NCBI GenBank assembly: GCA_001512905.1
Contig: LFTB01000117.1
Coordinates: 4,252 to 36,251 of the forward strand
Reading direction: 5' to 3'
DNA length: 32,000 nucleotides
Source: Clostridia bacterium DTU084
GTDB taxonomy: Bacteria > Bacillota > DTU084
Shown one piece after another: positions 24,708-32,000 of the stretch (position 1 is the stretch's first letter; each line of letters begins with the position of its first letter). Both the position numbers and the translations under genes were made by a program. Under the pieces are notes generated by a model, which searched no databases, was not told the DNA's origin, and saw only the letters and a list, made by a program, of their open reading frames with translations.

Positions 24708-25244
24708 TCATTCCCCTCCTGCCTGCAGTAATTCAGCTTTGGCTTCGATTTGAAATTCGTAGTATGCATCTTTTCTGGTTGTGCTCTGGAGGACCGGCTC
24801 CTGAAGCTGAGGCAGCTGCCTCAGCTCCATTAAAAAACGGGAAAGGCCGGCTAAGGAAAAAACTCTGCCTGTGAGAAGAAACCGGCCGGTCTCGTTGATC
24901 TCCAAAGAGGTGAACCACATGTCTTCCGGCACATGCCAGCGCAGCTGTGAGAGCAGCTCCCCGAAAGCCTCGCTGCTCCTCTGGTGAGCCCACAGGCTTC
25001 TCTGGGCACGGCTTACACTTTCCAGCCTCTTTTCTGCAGCAGCCAGCTGCCCCAAGACCAGCTGGGCCTGTTCTTTGGCAGGCTGGGAAAGCTCCAGCCT
25101 CTGTTCCAGGAAACGCACTTGTCCCCAGCCAAACACCAGGAGAAAAGCACAAAGCCAGCCCAGGGCAAAGGTGAGGAGGGCTGCTTTCCAGGGAAATTTT
25201 TCCTCTTCCTGCCTCAGGTGGGGCGGCAAAAGGTTTATATTCAT
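24708..25244 (-). CDS. pilN: PilN-like pilus assembly protein
   Basis: The N-terminal MNINLLPPHLRQ motif (INLLP) is followed by a TM and a coiled coil. ATGA overlap with pilM. Confidence 0.75.
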   Translation of the reverse strand: MNINLLPPHLRQEEEKFPWKAALLTFALGWLCAFLLVFGWGQVRFLEQRLELSQPAKEQAQLVLGQLAAAEKRLESVSRAQRSLWAHQRSSEAFGELLSQLRWHVPEDMWFTSLEINETGRFLLTGRVFSLAGLSRFLMELRQLPQLQEPVLQSTTRKDAYYEFQIEAKAELLQAGGE

Positions 25245-26158
25245 GGCCTCACGCCCCTTAAAGCCAAACCCAGCGCCACAGCAAATTCAGGCGAGGTTTG
25301 GCCGCTTTTGTTGCGCACAAGTCCAAAGGGATCCCCCAGGACAGCTTCCAAGCCCAGTTGTCCTTCGAAAAAGGCAGCCAGCTCGGGCACTGCTGCTCCA
25401 TAGCCTGCAAGGAGCAGCTTGTCCACCTGCTCATTCCGCTCGCGGCCGATAAAATCGAAAGAGCGGCGCAGGTCCTGCACCAGTTCCCCAAGGGACGCAG
25501 GAACCTCTCCTCCCGCTGCACTGCGGAGGTCTGCTTGAGGTGCCCCGGGCAGGAGCCTGAAAAACACAGGCCTGCCGCTGCTGAAGATGGTCAGTTCCCA
25601 GTAGAAGTCCCCCAGCTCCAGCACAGCTGCAGTTTCTCCTTCCAGCTGCCTGCGCAGCACCCGCACCAAGGCCAGGGGCCCCAGCTCCACAGCCTGAGGG
25701 GTAATCCCTGCTGCTGAGAGAACTGCAAGGTTCTGCTCCACAGTTTGTTTTTCTGCTGCAGCTACCAAAACTTCCAGGTGGTCTCTGGCTTTGTATACTT
25801 CGTAATCCCAAAAGACCTCCGAGAGCCGAAAGGGCAGGACGTTCTCGCTTTCAAATTTCACAGCCTCTTCCAGCTCCCCTTTTTTCAGGAGGGGCAGTTT
25901 GAAAAACCGCAAGGCAATGCCGGATCCTGCGGCTTTAATGGTGGTGAACAGATCGCCCTCCCAGGGCCCCAGCTCGCTTTTGATGGCAAAGCCAAGGGCT
26001 TCAGGATCTAAAATCCTGCCGTTTTCCACTGCGCCAGGAGGCACAGGCAGCTTCGAGAGCTTTTCCGCTGTGGGCTTTCTGCCGGGACTTACTATGGCAA
26101 GCCTCACAGCAGCGCCGCCTATGTCCAAGCCAAGATGTTTTTTTCGCTTTCTAAACAT
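25241..26158 (-). CDS. pilM: PilM-like actin-fold pilus assembly ATPase-like protein
   Basis: The LGLDIGGAAVRLAIV phosphate-1 motif and LLAGYGAAVPELAAFFEGQLG near the C-terminus. At 305 aa it is somewhat short. Confidence 0.8.
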   Translation of the reverse strand: MFRKRKKHLGLDIGGAAVRLAIVSPGRKPTAEKLSKLPVPPGAVENGRILDPEALGFAIKSELGPWEGDLFTTIKAAGSGIALRFFKLPLLKKGELEEAVKFESENVLPFRLSEVFWDYEVYKARDHLEVLVAAAEKQTVEQNLAVLSAAGITPQAVELGPLALVRVLRRQLEGETAAVLELGDFYWELTIFSSGRPVFFRLLPGAPQADLRSAAGGEVPASLGELVQDLRRSFDFIGRERNEQVDKLLLAGYGAAVPELAAFFEGQLGLEAVLGDPFGLVRNKSGQTSPEFAVALGLALRGVRP

Positions 26159-26159
26159 T

Positions 26160-26525
26160 TTACTTTTCTTCCCAGCGTCGTACTTTAAAATTGTTGTCTT
26201 CGATCTCCACCAGGATTGTGCTTCTCTTGCCGGCCTTTTGGCCGGTAGAGCGGATGAGATACGTTTTTTTATCTATGGGGACAATTTCCACCTCGTAGCT
26301 GCCTTCTGCAAAATCTGCTTCAAAGTGCGGCGGCGGATTTTTGGCCTTCAGCCATTCTGTGGCGTGGACGAATCCTGCCTCTGCACAGTATAAGGACTGA
26401 ACGTCCTTTTCCCAGTCTGAGGCAAAACTGTAGCCAGCGGCGTTGAGCTCCAGCGCAAGAAACGTGAGGGGCAGCACCAGCAGCATGGCAAAAAGCACCC
26501 AGATGAGGATAAATCCCTTCTGCAT
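26160..26525 (-). CDS. PilX/GspK-like minor pilin-like protein lacking Glu5
   Basis: The start is taken as ATG 26525 (MQKGFILIWVLFAMLLVLPL), which shares 1 nt with the upstream stop (TGATG). It has a hydrophobic pilin-like N-terminus but Trp where Glu5 would be. Confidence 0.55.
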   Translation of the reverse strand: MQKGFILIWVLFAMLLVLPLTFLALELNAAGYSFASDWEKDVQSLYCAEAGFVHATEWLKAKNPPPHFEADFAEGSYEVEIVPIDKKTYLIRSTGQKAGKRSTILVEIEDNNFKVRRWEEK

Positions 26526-26995
26526 CAGCTCCACTCCCTTGCAGAAAACCCTGTCTTGAGGCTCCCGCCTTTCCACCGGATGTTTATCAGGACTGTGCAG
26601 GGGCTGTTGCGGGGCGGGGTGCTGCTCTCGCCGCTTCCCTCCTGCTGATAGGAGAACCTGCCCTCCAGCACGCCTCCAATCACCACCTCTGCCTCTTCTC
26701 CCTCTCTCTGGCGCCAGAGCTTGTTGTCACTGAACCACCAGCGGCTGGTTCCCCGCAAGGCAGAGTAGATGAGAAGCTGCGATTCGTCCGAGGCGGGGAG
26801 AATGGTGGTGGCGCTTCTGATTTCTCTCCCCAAATCTTCTACAGAAGCGATAGCCTGGCTGTATTCATGGCTGCGGCCAGCCCCAAACCAGGACTGGTAG
26901 CTTGAAAGGATCAGGCGGACAACTGCGCCCAGGAGGATCATTGCCGTGACAATGGCCACCAAAAGCTCCACGAGGGTCAAACCTTTTTGCCTCAT
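26525..26995 (-). CDS. Prepilin-type N-terminal cleavage/methylation domain minor pilin
   Basis: MRQKG/LTLVELLVAIVTAMILLGAVV is the class III signal with Glu5. ATG 26995 sits 6 nt after GAGGGTG. Confidence 0.8.
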   Translation of the reverse strand: MRQKGLTLVELLVAIVTAMILLGAVVRLILSSYQSWFGAGRSHEYSQAIASVEDLGREIRSATTILPASDESQLLIYSALRGTSRWWFSDNKLWRQREGEEAEVVIGGVLEGRFSYQQEGSGESSTPPRNSPCTVLINIRWKGGSLKTGFSAREWS

Positions 26996-26996
26996 T

Positions 26997-27389
26997 CTAA
27001 ACACCCTCTTTGATCCGCTGGCTGATGAGGGTCGGCAACCTCACCTCTCCCCCAGGCCACCTGACCACAACTTCCACGTACTTCACCTTTGCCCGGGGCA
27101 GAGGCTCGTCCACAAGTTCCCCATCCTCGTCCATAGCCACTCCCCGGACAATTCTCTCCACTGTGAAGCCGTCTTGAGTTGGTGTGGGAGGCACTGAATC
27201 TACGGCATTGAAATTCAAGGCGTGAACTGCCTCGAGCTCTCTTTGAGCCACCCCCACTGCCTGAGCCCGGACGCCTGCTCCCCTGCTGCTGCCCACAGAG
27301 AGCTTGGCTGTCCAGCTGGTGACGAGCAGCAGTGCCCCAAAGAGAACCAGAGCCACCATCACCTCAACTAAAGAAAAGCCCTGCCGCAC
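26997..27389 (-). CDS. Prepilin-type minor pilin (PilV-like)
   Basis: RQG/FSLVEVMVALVLFGALLL. The only start near the motif is GTG 27389, just after GGGGGGAGG, which gives a 4-residue leader. The ORF-track start at 27512 lies in the pilA 3' region. Confidence 0.75.
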   Translation of the reverse strand: MRQGFSLVEVMVALVLFGALLLVTSWTAKLSVGSSRGAGVRAQAVGVAQRELEAVHALNFNAVDSVPPTPTQDGFTVERIVRGVAMDEDGELVDEPLPRAKVKYVEVVVRWPGGEVRLPTLISQRIKEGV

Positions 27390-27412
27390 CTGCCTCCCCC
27401 CTATTTTGGCTT

Positions 27413-27432
27413 GGGGAGGGCTGCCCCTCCCC
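27413..27432 (-). promoter_or_regulatory. GC-rich hairpin without a U-tract, 36 nt downstream of the pilA stop
   Basis: GGGGAGGG-GCAG-CCCTCCCC (perfect 8 bp). It could be a partial terminator or a 3' stabiliser separating the major pilin from the minor pilins. Confidence 0.4.
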
Positions 27433-27468
27433 GAAAACTTTACCACTAATTTCCCATTCAACAGCTGA

Positions 27469-27840
27469 CTACCCACCTTCACCAGAGCCTGCACCAACAA
27501 AGCCGTCTTCATTCACTTTCAGGTCTGCGTGTTCTGAGCACTCGATAGTGTAACCATCGCGGGCTTTGTCGTAGGTATACGTGCCGCCTGAAGGACAGCT
27601 TTTTGCCTTCTCGTTCACATCGAGAGCTGACAATTCATCTGGGTAATCGTCATGTTGTGCGTAATATTGGGCAAGACCTGTCTGCAGAAGCCTGAGGTTG
27701 CTCTGGCAGGAAGCGCGGTTGGCTGCTTCCTTGGCGCCGCTGAGCCTGGGGATGACGATGGCGGCCAAAATGCCGATTACCACAACCACCACCAAAAGCT
27801 CCACCAAGGTGAACCCACCCTGTCTTCTGAACCTTTTCAT
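27469..27840 (-). CDS. pilA: Major type IV pilin (PulG/PilA-like)
   Basis: MKRFRRQGG/FTLVELLVVVVVIGILAAIVIP. Cys pairs are present (CQSN...C, CPSGGTYTY...C). The SD AAGGAGGTGA is near-perfect, as expected for a highly expressed subunit. Confidence 0.9.
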   Translation of the reverse strand: MKRFRRQGGFTLVELLVVVVVIGILAAIVIPRLSGAKEAANRASCQSNLRLLQTGLAQYYAQHDDYPDELSALDVNEKAKSCPSGGTYTYDKARDGYTIECSEHADLKVNEDGFVGAGSGEGG

Positions 27841-27868
27841 GTTGTCACCTCCTTATATATAATCTCTA

Positions 27869-27894
27869 CTGCAGCGCTCCGGCCGGGGCTGCAG
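27869..27894 (-). promoter_or_regulatory. Hairpin in the pilC-pilA intergenic region
   Basis: CTGCAGC-N12-GCTGCAG, with a self-complementary CCGGCCGG in the loop. It lies about 25 nt upstream of the pilA SD. Confidence 0.35.
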
Positions 27895-27935
27895 AAATCT
27901 ATAATCAGTCCAGCAAAAGCTGAACAGGCCGGCAG

Positions 27936-29141
27936 TTAGAGATTGAGGCCGCTGATCAAATCGTACATGGGCAGAATAATAGTGATGAGGAGAAAGCCAA
28001 CCAGAGCCCCCAAAAAGATCACAATGGCAGGCTCGAGAAGGGTTGTGATGCTTTTCGTCCTGCTCTCAACCTCTGCCTCAAAAAAATCTGCTCCCCGCTC
28101 AAGCATCTGATCTAAAGAGCCTGTTTCCTCCCCTACCCGCATCATCTGGATGAGCAGTTGAGGAAGGAGCTTGCTTTCTGCAAAGGGTGAAGCCAGGTTC
28201 TCCCCCTGCTCCACCCGACTTGAGCAGTTCGCTATTTCCTCCTGAAAGCGGGCGTTGCCCACAACTTTTCCTGTAATGTCCAGGGTCAGGAGAATGGGCG
28301 TCCCTCCCCGGGCGAGAATAGCCAGGGTCCTGGCGAAGCGGGCGCTTAAAGTCCAGTTGATGATCTCCCCCACAACAGGAAGCCTCAGGGAAAAGTTGTC
28401 CCACCAGGTTTTGCCCCTTGCAGTCCCCAGATACCCCCAAAAGCCCAGGACGAACCCTAAAGCAACGAGGGCGAAGACCAGCCACCAGCTGCGCAGGAAA
28501 GCTGCCAGCTGCAGGATATACTCTGTCATGGGAGGCGCATCAACGCCGAAAGACGCGAAAATCTCTCCAAACTGCGGCAGGATGAAAAACAAGACCACAG
28601 CAAGGACCACCACAGCGAGAAAAGAAACAATTGCCGGATACATAAGGGCACTGCGCAGCTGCTTCTCCAGCTGGTATTCCCGTTCGTAGTAAGTGGCGAG
28701 CCTGGAAAGTACCCAGTCCATGGTGCCGCCGTTCTCCGCTGCCTCCACAAGGTGGACAAAAAGGGGCGGGAAGAGCCTCGGGTGGCTCGCCAAAGCCGCA
28801 GACAGGGCCGCTCCCTCTTCCACTTCCTCCAAAACCTGCTCCAGGCCTCTAGCAAGGAGCTTGTTGGGCGCCTGCTCCGCAGCCAGGGACAGGGAGGTGG
28901 TCAGGGGCAAGCCTGCCTGGATCATGACGCTGAGCTGCCTGGAAAAGGAGGCCAGATCCTTCAGGGTAGGCTTTCTCGCCCACAGGGAAAAGGGAGCCTT
29001 CGGCTTTTCTTCTTCAACCTTGGTGAGGAAAAAGCCGTCCTGCCTCAGGAGGGCTGCCACCTGCTGAGGGGATTCTGCTGCAATTACGCCAGTTTTCTCT
29101 TCGCCTGCAAGGCTCCTGGCTTTATAGCGGTACTGAGCCAT
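27936..29141 (-). CDS. pilC: Type IV pilus platform protein PilC (GspF family)
   Basis: 401 aa. MAQYRYKARSLAGEEKTG..., two GspF repeats and three TM segments. Confidence 0.95.
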   Translation of the reverse strand: MAQYRYKARSLAGEEKTGVIAAESPQQVAALLRQDGFFLTKVEEEKPKAPFSLWARKPTLKDLASFSRQLSVMIQAGLPLTTSLSLAAEQAPNKLLARGLEQVLEEVEEGAALSAALASHPRLFPPLFVHLVEAAENGGTMDWVLSRLATYYEREYQLEKQLRSALMYPAIVSFLAVVVLAVVLFFILPQFGEIFASFGVDAPPMTEYILQLAAFLRSWWLVFALVALGFVLGFWGYLGTARGKTWWDNFSLRLPVVGEIINWTLSARFARTLAILARGGTPILLTLDITGKVVGNARFQEEIANCSSRVEQGENLASPFAESKLLPQLLIQMMRVGEETGSLDQMLERGADFFEAEVESRTKSITTLLEPAIVIFLGALVGFLLITIILPMYDLISGLNL

Positions 29142-30201
29142 TTTCCTCTCTCCCTGCTGCCAAAAGCCGCTTTATGTTCTCCGGGACGGAAGCGGAATGG
29201 AGAGCGGTTTCGTAGCTGATCCGCCCCTGTTGGTGGAGATCCCGGAGAGCCTGCTCCATGCTCTGCATGCCAATTGCCCTGCCCGTTTGGATGGCAAGGG
29301 GCAGCTGATAGATCTTCCCTTCCCGGATCAGGTTGCGCACAGCAGACGTGGCAAGGAGCACCTCCACACCTAAGGCCAGCCCGCCCCGGGTATCAGGCAG
29401 AAGCTGCTGGGCCACAACTGCCTCTAAGGTGGCTGCCAGCTGCACTTTAATCTGCTGCTGTTGATTGGCTGGAAACACGTCTATGATCCGCTCCACTGCC
29501 CCTGGAGCACTGGCAGTGTGCAGGGTTGCCAGGACCAAATGTCCGGTTTCTGCAGCTGTAATGGCAGTGGAGATGGTCTCCAGATCCCGCATCTCCCCCA
29601 CCATGATCACATCAGGATCCTGCCTGAGGGCTGCCCGCAGGGCCAGAGGAAAAGACCTCGAATCTGAGCCGATCTCCCTCTGGTTGACGATGCTCATTTT
29701 GTGGCTGTGCAGGTACTCAATTGGATCTTCCAAGGTGATGATGTGGCAGCGGTGCTTGGTGTTGATCCTGTCTACCAGGCTGGCTAAAGTGGTGGACTTG
29801 CCGCTGCCTGTAGGGCCTGTGACCAAAATCAAACCTCTTTTTTTGTCTGCCAGCTCCTCCACGCTTTTAGGCAGGCCGAGCTTTTCCAGAGGCGGTATTT
29901 CAAAGGGAATCAGGCGGATGGCACAAGCCAGAGAGTCCCGCTGCCTGTAGACGTTGAAGCGGAAACGGCCGACTTGAGGCAGGACCCAGGAAAAATCCGC
30001 TTCTCCTCCATCGGTGAGGGCTTCCCTTGCTCGCGGCGGCATGACCCCCTCCAGAAGTTCTTCGATTTTCCTGCCCGTCAAGGGCTCTTCAGGCAGCGCC
30101 TCCAGCTGCCCTGCCCTGCGCAGCATGGGCGGCAGCCCTACTGTCAAGTGCAGGTCTGTGGCCTTTTGCGAAGCTGCCACCGCAAGGAGTTTCTTAAGCA
30201 T
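29122..30201 (-). CDS. pilT: Type IV pilus retraction ATPase PilT
   Basis: DLHLTVG, Walker A GPTGSGKSTT, IITLEDPIEY, RQDPDVIMVGEMRD, TGHLVLATLHT. About 359 aa with no N-terminal extension. Confidence 0.95.
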   Translation of the reverse strand: MLKKLLAVAASQKATDLHLTVGLPPMLRRAGQLEALPEEPLTGRKIEELLEGVMPPRAREALTDGGEADFSWVLPQVGRFRFNVYRQRDSLACAIRLIPFEIPPLEKLGLPKSVEELADKKRGLILVTGPTGSGKSTTLASLVDRINTKHRCHIITLEDPIEYLHSHKMSIVNQREIGSDSRSFPLALRAALRQDPDVIMVGEMRDLETISTAITAAETGHLVLATLHTASAPGAVERIIDVFPANQQQQIKVQLAATLEAVVAQQLLPDTRGGLALGVEVLLATSAVRNLIREGKIYQLPLAIQTGRAIGMQSMEQALRDLHQQGRISYETALHSASVPENIKRLLAAGREENGSVPL

Positions 30202-31882
30202 TGTATCCCTCCACCCGGGTCACCCGGACAACTTCATCCAAGCTTGTAATGCCCTCCAGGGCCTTTCTGCAGCCGTCCAAAACCATGGGTTCCATCCCGG
30301 CTTCAATAACCTCTTCTCTGATTCTGCTTGCCGGCATCCCGCCGAGGGTATTAGCCCAGAATGCTTCGTCTGGTACGAGAATCTCCTGGATGGCAGCTCT
30401 CCCCTGGAAACCTGTCTGGCTGCACTGGGGGCAGCCCACAGGCTCATAGCAGGTATCTGCTGCTGCCAATTCTTCGCCGCCTAAATCCAAAAGCCACTTT
30501 CGCTCAGCAGCAGTCAGGCTGCGGGGCTTCTTGCAGGCTGGACACAGGCAGCGCACCAGCCTCTGGGCAACAACTCCCAAAAGGGAGGAAGTCATCAGAA
30601 AAGGCTCAATGCCCATCTCAATTAATCTTGCCACAGCGCCAGTGGAGTCGTTGGTGTGGAGGGTGGAGAGGACCAAGTGACCCGTCAGGGCTGCTTCGAT
30701 GGCGATCTGGGCTGTTTCCCGATCCCGGATCTCTCCCACCATGATCACGTCTGGATCCTGGCGCACCAAGGCCCGCAGGCCTGTGGCGAAGGTGATGCCG
30801 TAGCGGGGGTTCACCTGCACCTGGTTGATCCCCTCTAAGCTGTACTCTACAGGATCTTCCACTGTGACTATGTTCTGGCTTTTTGCATCAAGCTCCCTTA
30901 TGGCAGCGTATAGGGTAGTGGTTTTGCCGCTGCCTGTGGGGCCTGTAACCAGGATAATTCCATAGGGACGCTTAAGCATGCTCTTGAAAAGCTCAAGCTT
31001 TTCTTGTGTGAAGTGCAGCTGGGAGAGGAGCAGCAGGTCCCGCCTGCTGTCCAGGATCCTGATGGCCACCTTCTCCCCGTTCATGGTAGGGAGGGTGGAG
31101 AGGCGGAAGTCGATTTTGTGGCCGTCCACCTGCAGAAAGAACCTGCCGTCTTGGGGCATTCTCTTTTCAGCAATATCCAAGTTGGCCATCACTTTCAGCC
31201 TGGAGATCAGAGGTGCCTGCAGCTCAGGGCTTTGGGTGCCTGCATCCCGCAGAAAACCATCCACCCGCATCCTGATCCGCAGCTGCCCCCCTACCTGCGG
31301 TTCAAGGTGGAGGTCGCTGGCCCTCTCCCGGACAGCCCGCTCTAGAATGCTGTTCACCAGTTGAGCAACTGGGCCCGGATCCTGGCCTGCTGCAGCCTCC
31401 ATCTCGTGCGGGCTCTCTTCAAAGCTCTGGTAAGCTTCATCTAGGGCTTTTGAGAGCTGTCGGGCTGTTGCCACAGCAGGCTCAATCTCCAGGCCTGTAG
31501 CCACCCGCAGGGCATCTATGGTGTACAGGTTCATGGGGTCGTTCATGGCCACAACGAGCTTGTTGCCTTCCCTCCTCAGGGGCACAGCAGCATAGCGCCT
31601 GGCCAAATTTTCAGGAAGGGCTGAGATGGCCTCAGGACTGTATTTCACTTGGCTCAAGTCAACGTGAGGGATCCCAAGCTGATACTCCAATGCTTCCAGG
31701 AGGCTCTGCTCGTCTATGATCCCAAGGGAAACCAAGATGCTCCCCAGGCGCTCTCCTGTCCTCTTCTGCTGCTCGAGGGCGATCTGCAGTTCCTCTTCTG
31801 TAATCAGCCCCGCATTCCTCAACAGTTGTCCCAGCTTGGTGGCAGCAGTCTGCGCGTTCACAACTTCACCTTCAGTCGACAC
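30194..31882 (-). CDS. pilB: Type IV pilus assembly ATPase PilB (GspE family) with an N-terminal MshEN-type domain
   Basis: Walker A GPTGSGKTTT, VEDPVEY, RQDPDVIMVGEIRD, tetra-Cys CPAC...CPQC. The start is GTG 31882 (no SD) or GTG 31861, which follows GAAGGTGA. Confidence 0.95.
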   Translation of the reverse strand: MSTEGEVVNAQTAATKLGQLLRNAGLITEEELQIALEQQKRTGERLGSILVSLGIIDEQSLLEALEYQLGIPHVDLSQVKYSPEAISALPENLARRYAAVPLRREGNKLVVAMNDPMNLYTIDALRVATGLEIEPAVATARQLSKALDEAYQSFEESPHEMEAAAGQDPGPVAQLVNSILERAVRERASDLHLEPQVGGQLRIRMRVDGFLRDAGTQSPELQAPLISRLKVMANLDIAEKRMPQDGRFFLQVDGHKIDFRLSTLPTMNGEKVAIRILDSRRDLLLLSQLHFTQEKLELFKSMLKRPYGIILVTGPTGSGKTTTLYAAIRELDAKSQNIVTVEDPVEYSLEGINQVQVNPRYGITFATGLRALVRQDPDVIMVGEIRDRETAQIAIEAALTGHLVLSTLHTNDSTGAVARLIEMGIEPFLMTSSLLGVVAQRLVRCLCPACKKPRSLTAAERKWLLDLGGEELAAADTCYEPVGCPQCSQTGFQGRAAIQEILVPDEAFWANTLGGMPASRIREEVIEAGMEPMVLDGCRKALEGITSLDEVVRVTRVEGYNA

Positions 31883-31908
31883 TTTTTATTATGATTGATA
31901 TTCGCCAC

Positions 31909-31927
31909 AGCAGGATATTTTCCTGCT
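31909..31927. repeat. Inverted repeat AGCAGGA-TATTT-TCCTGCT upstream of pilB
   Basis: Read directly from the AT-rich region upstream of pilB. It is not followed by a U-tract on either strand. Confidence 0.3.
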
Positions 31928-32000
31928 AGAGGGCAAAAATTATCACTACAACGTGATTTAAAATAATAGTAGACAAAACGAATCTTTTGTAGTAAAATTG

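Noticed and set aside
27841-27935. A possible c-di-GMP riboswitch or sigma-54 promoter upstream of pilA.
   Set aside because: The gap is only 95 nt and lacks the conserved riboswitch cores I can recall. GG-N10-GC spacing for sigma-54 is not satisfied.
1-32000. A scan for tRNA, rRNA, CRISPR repeats and long dispersed repeats.
   Set aside because: I found no repeat-spacer periodicity, no tRNA-like T-loop/acceptor context outside coding regions, and no intergenic space large enough for rRNA. The GGTTTCGAACC-like string at about 17697 lies inside efp.

Overview
The window looks like chromosomal core DNA from an endospore-forming Firmicute (Bacillota) of moderately high GC. Almost everything is coded on the minus strand and tightly packed. 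Reading the minus strand from 32000 down to 1:

- **Type IVa pilus locus:** pilB, pilT, pilC, pilA, three minor pilin-like genes, then pilM, pilN, pilO, a PilP-like gene and a short secretin.
- **Shikimate block and neighbours:** aroC, aroK, aroB, aroQ follow the secretin gene with no gap. Then come an M24 Xaa-Pro peptidase, efp and an acidic zinc-ribbon protein.
- **AT-rich decayed island (about 1.4 kb):** an integrase fragment, an orphan AbrB/MazE-type antitoxin on the plus strand, and a 22-codon PIN-toxin remnant.
- **Sporulation and housekeeping genes:** the complete spoIIIAA-AH operon, accB-accC, asp23-amaP-DUF2273, nusB, a Kae1/TsaD-like paralogue, xseA and alaS.
- **Efflux operon:** a TolC-like gene and an HlyD-type adaptor that runs off the left edge.

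I found no rRNA, tRNA or CRISPR array.

The most noteworthy points:
- Outer-membrane-type parts (secretin, PilP-like, TolC-like) sit beside a full spoIIIA operon.
- PilB carries a near-perfect tandem MshEN c-di-GMP-binding motif.
- The pilus genes run straight into the aro genes with overlapping stop and start codons.
- The decayed island holds an antitoxin whose toxin partner appears internally deleted.
- Several candidate regulatory structures occur: a terminator plus sigma-E-like promoter inside spoIIIA, an anti-SD repeat at spoIIIAA, a hairpin in the efflux-operon leader, and hairpins bracketing pilA.

I see no clearly novel multi-gene system. All calls rest on reading translated motifs by eye; no searches were run. 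Many ORF-track starts shown as M are GTG or TTG, and I adjusted several starts by Shine-Dalgarno (SD) position.
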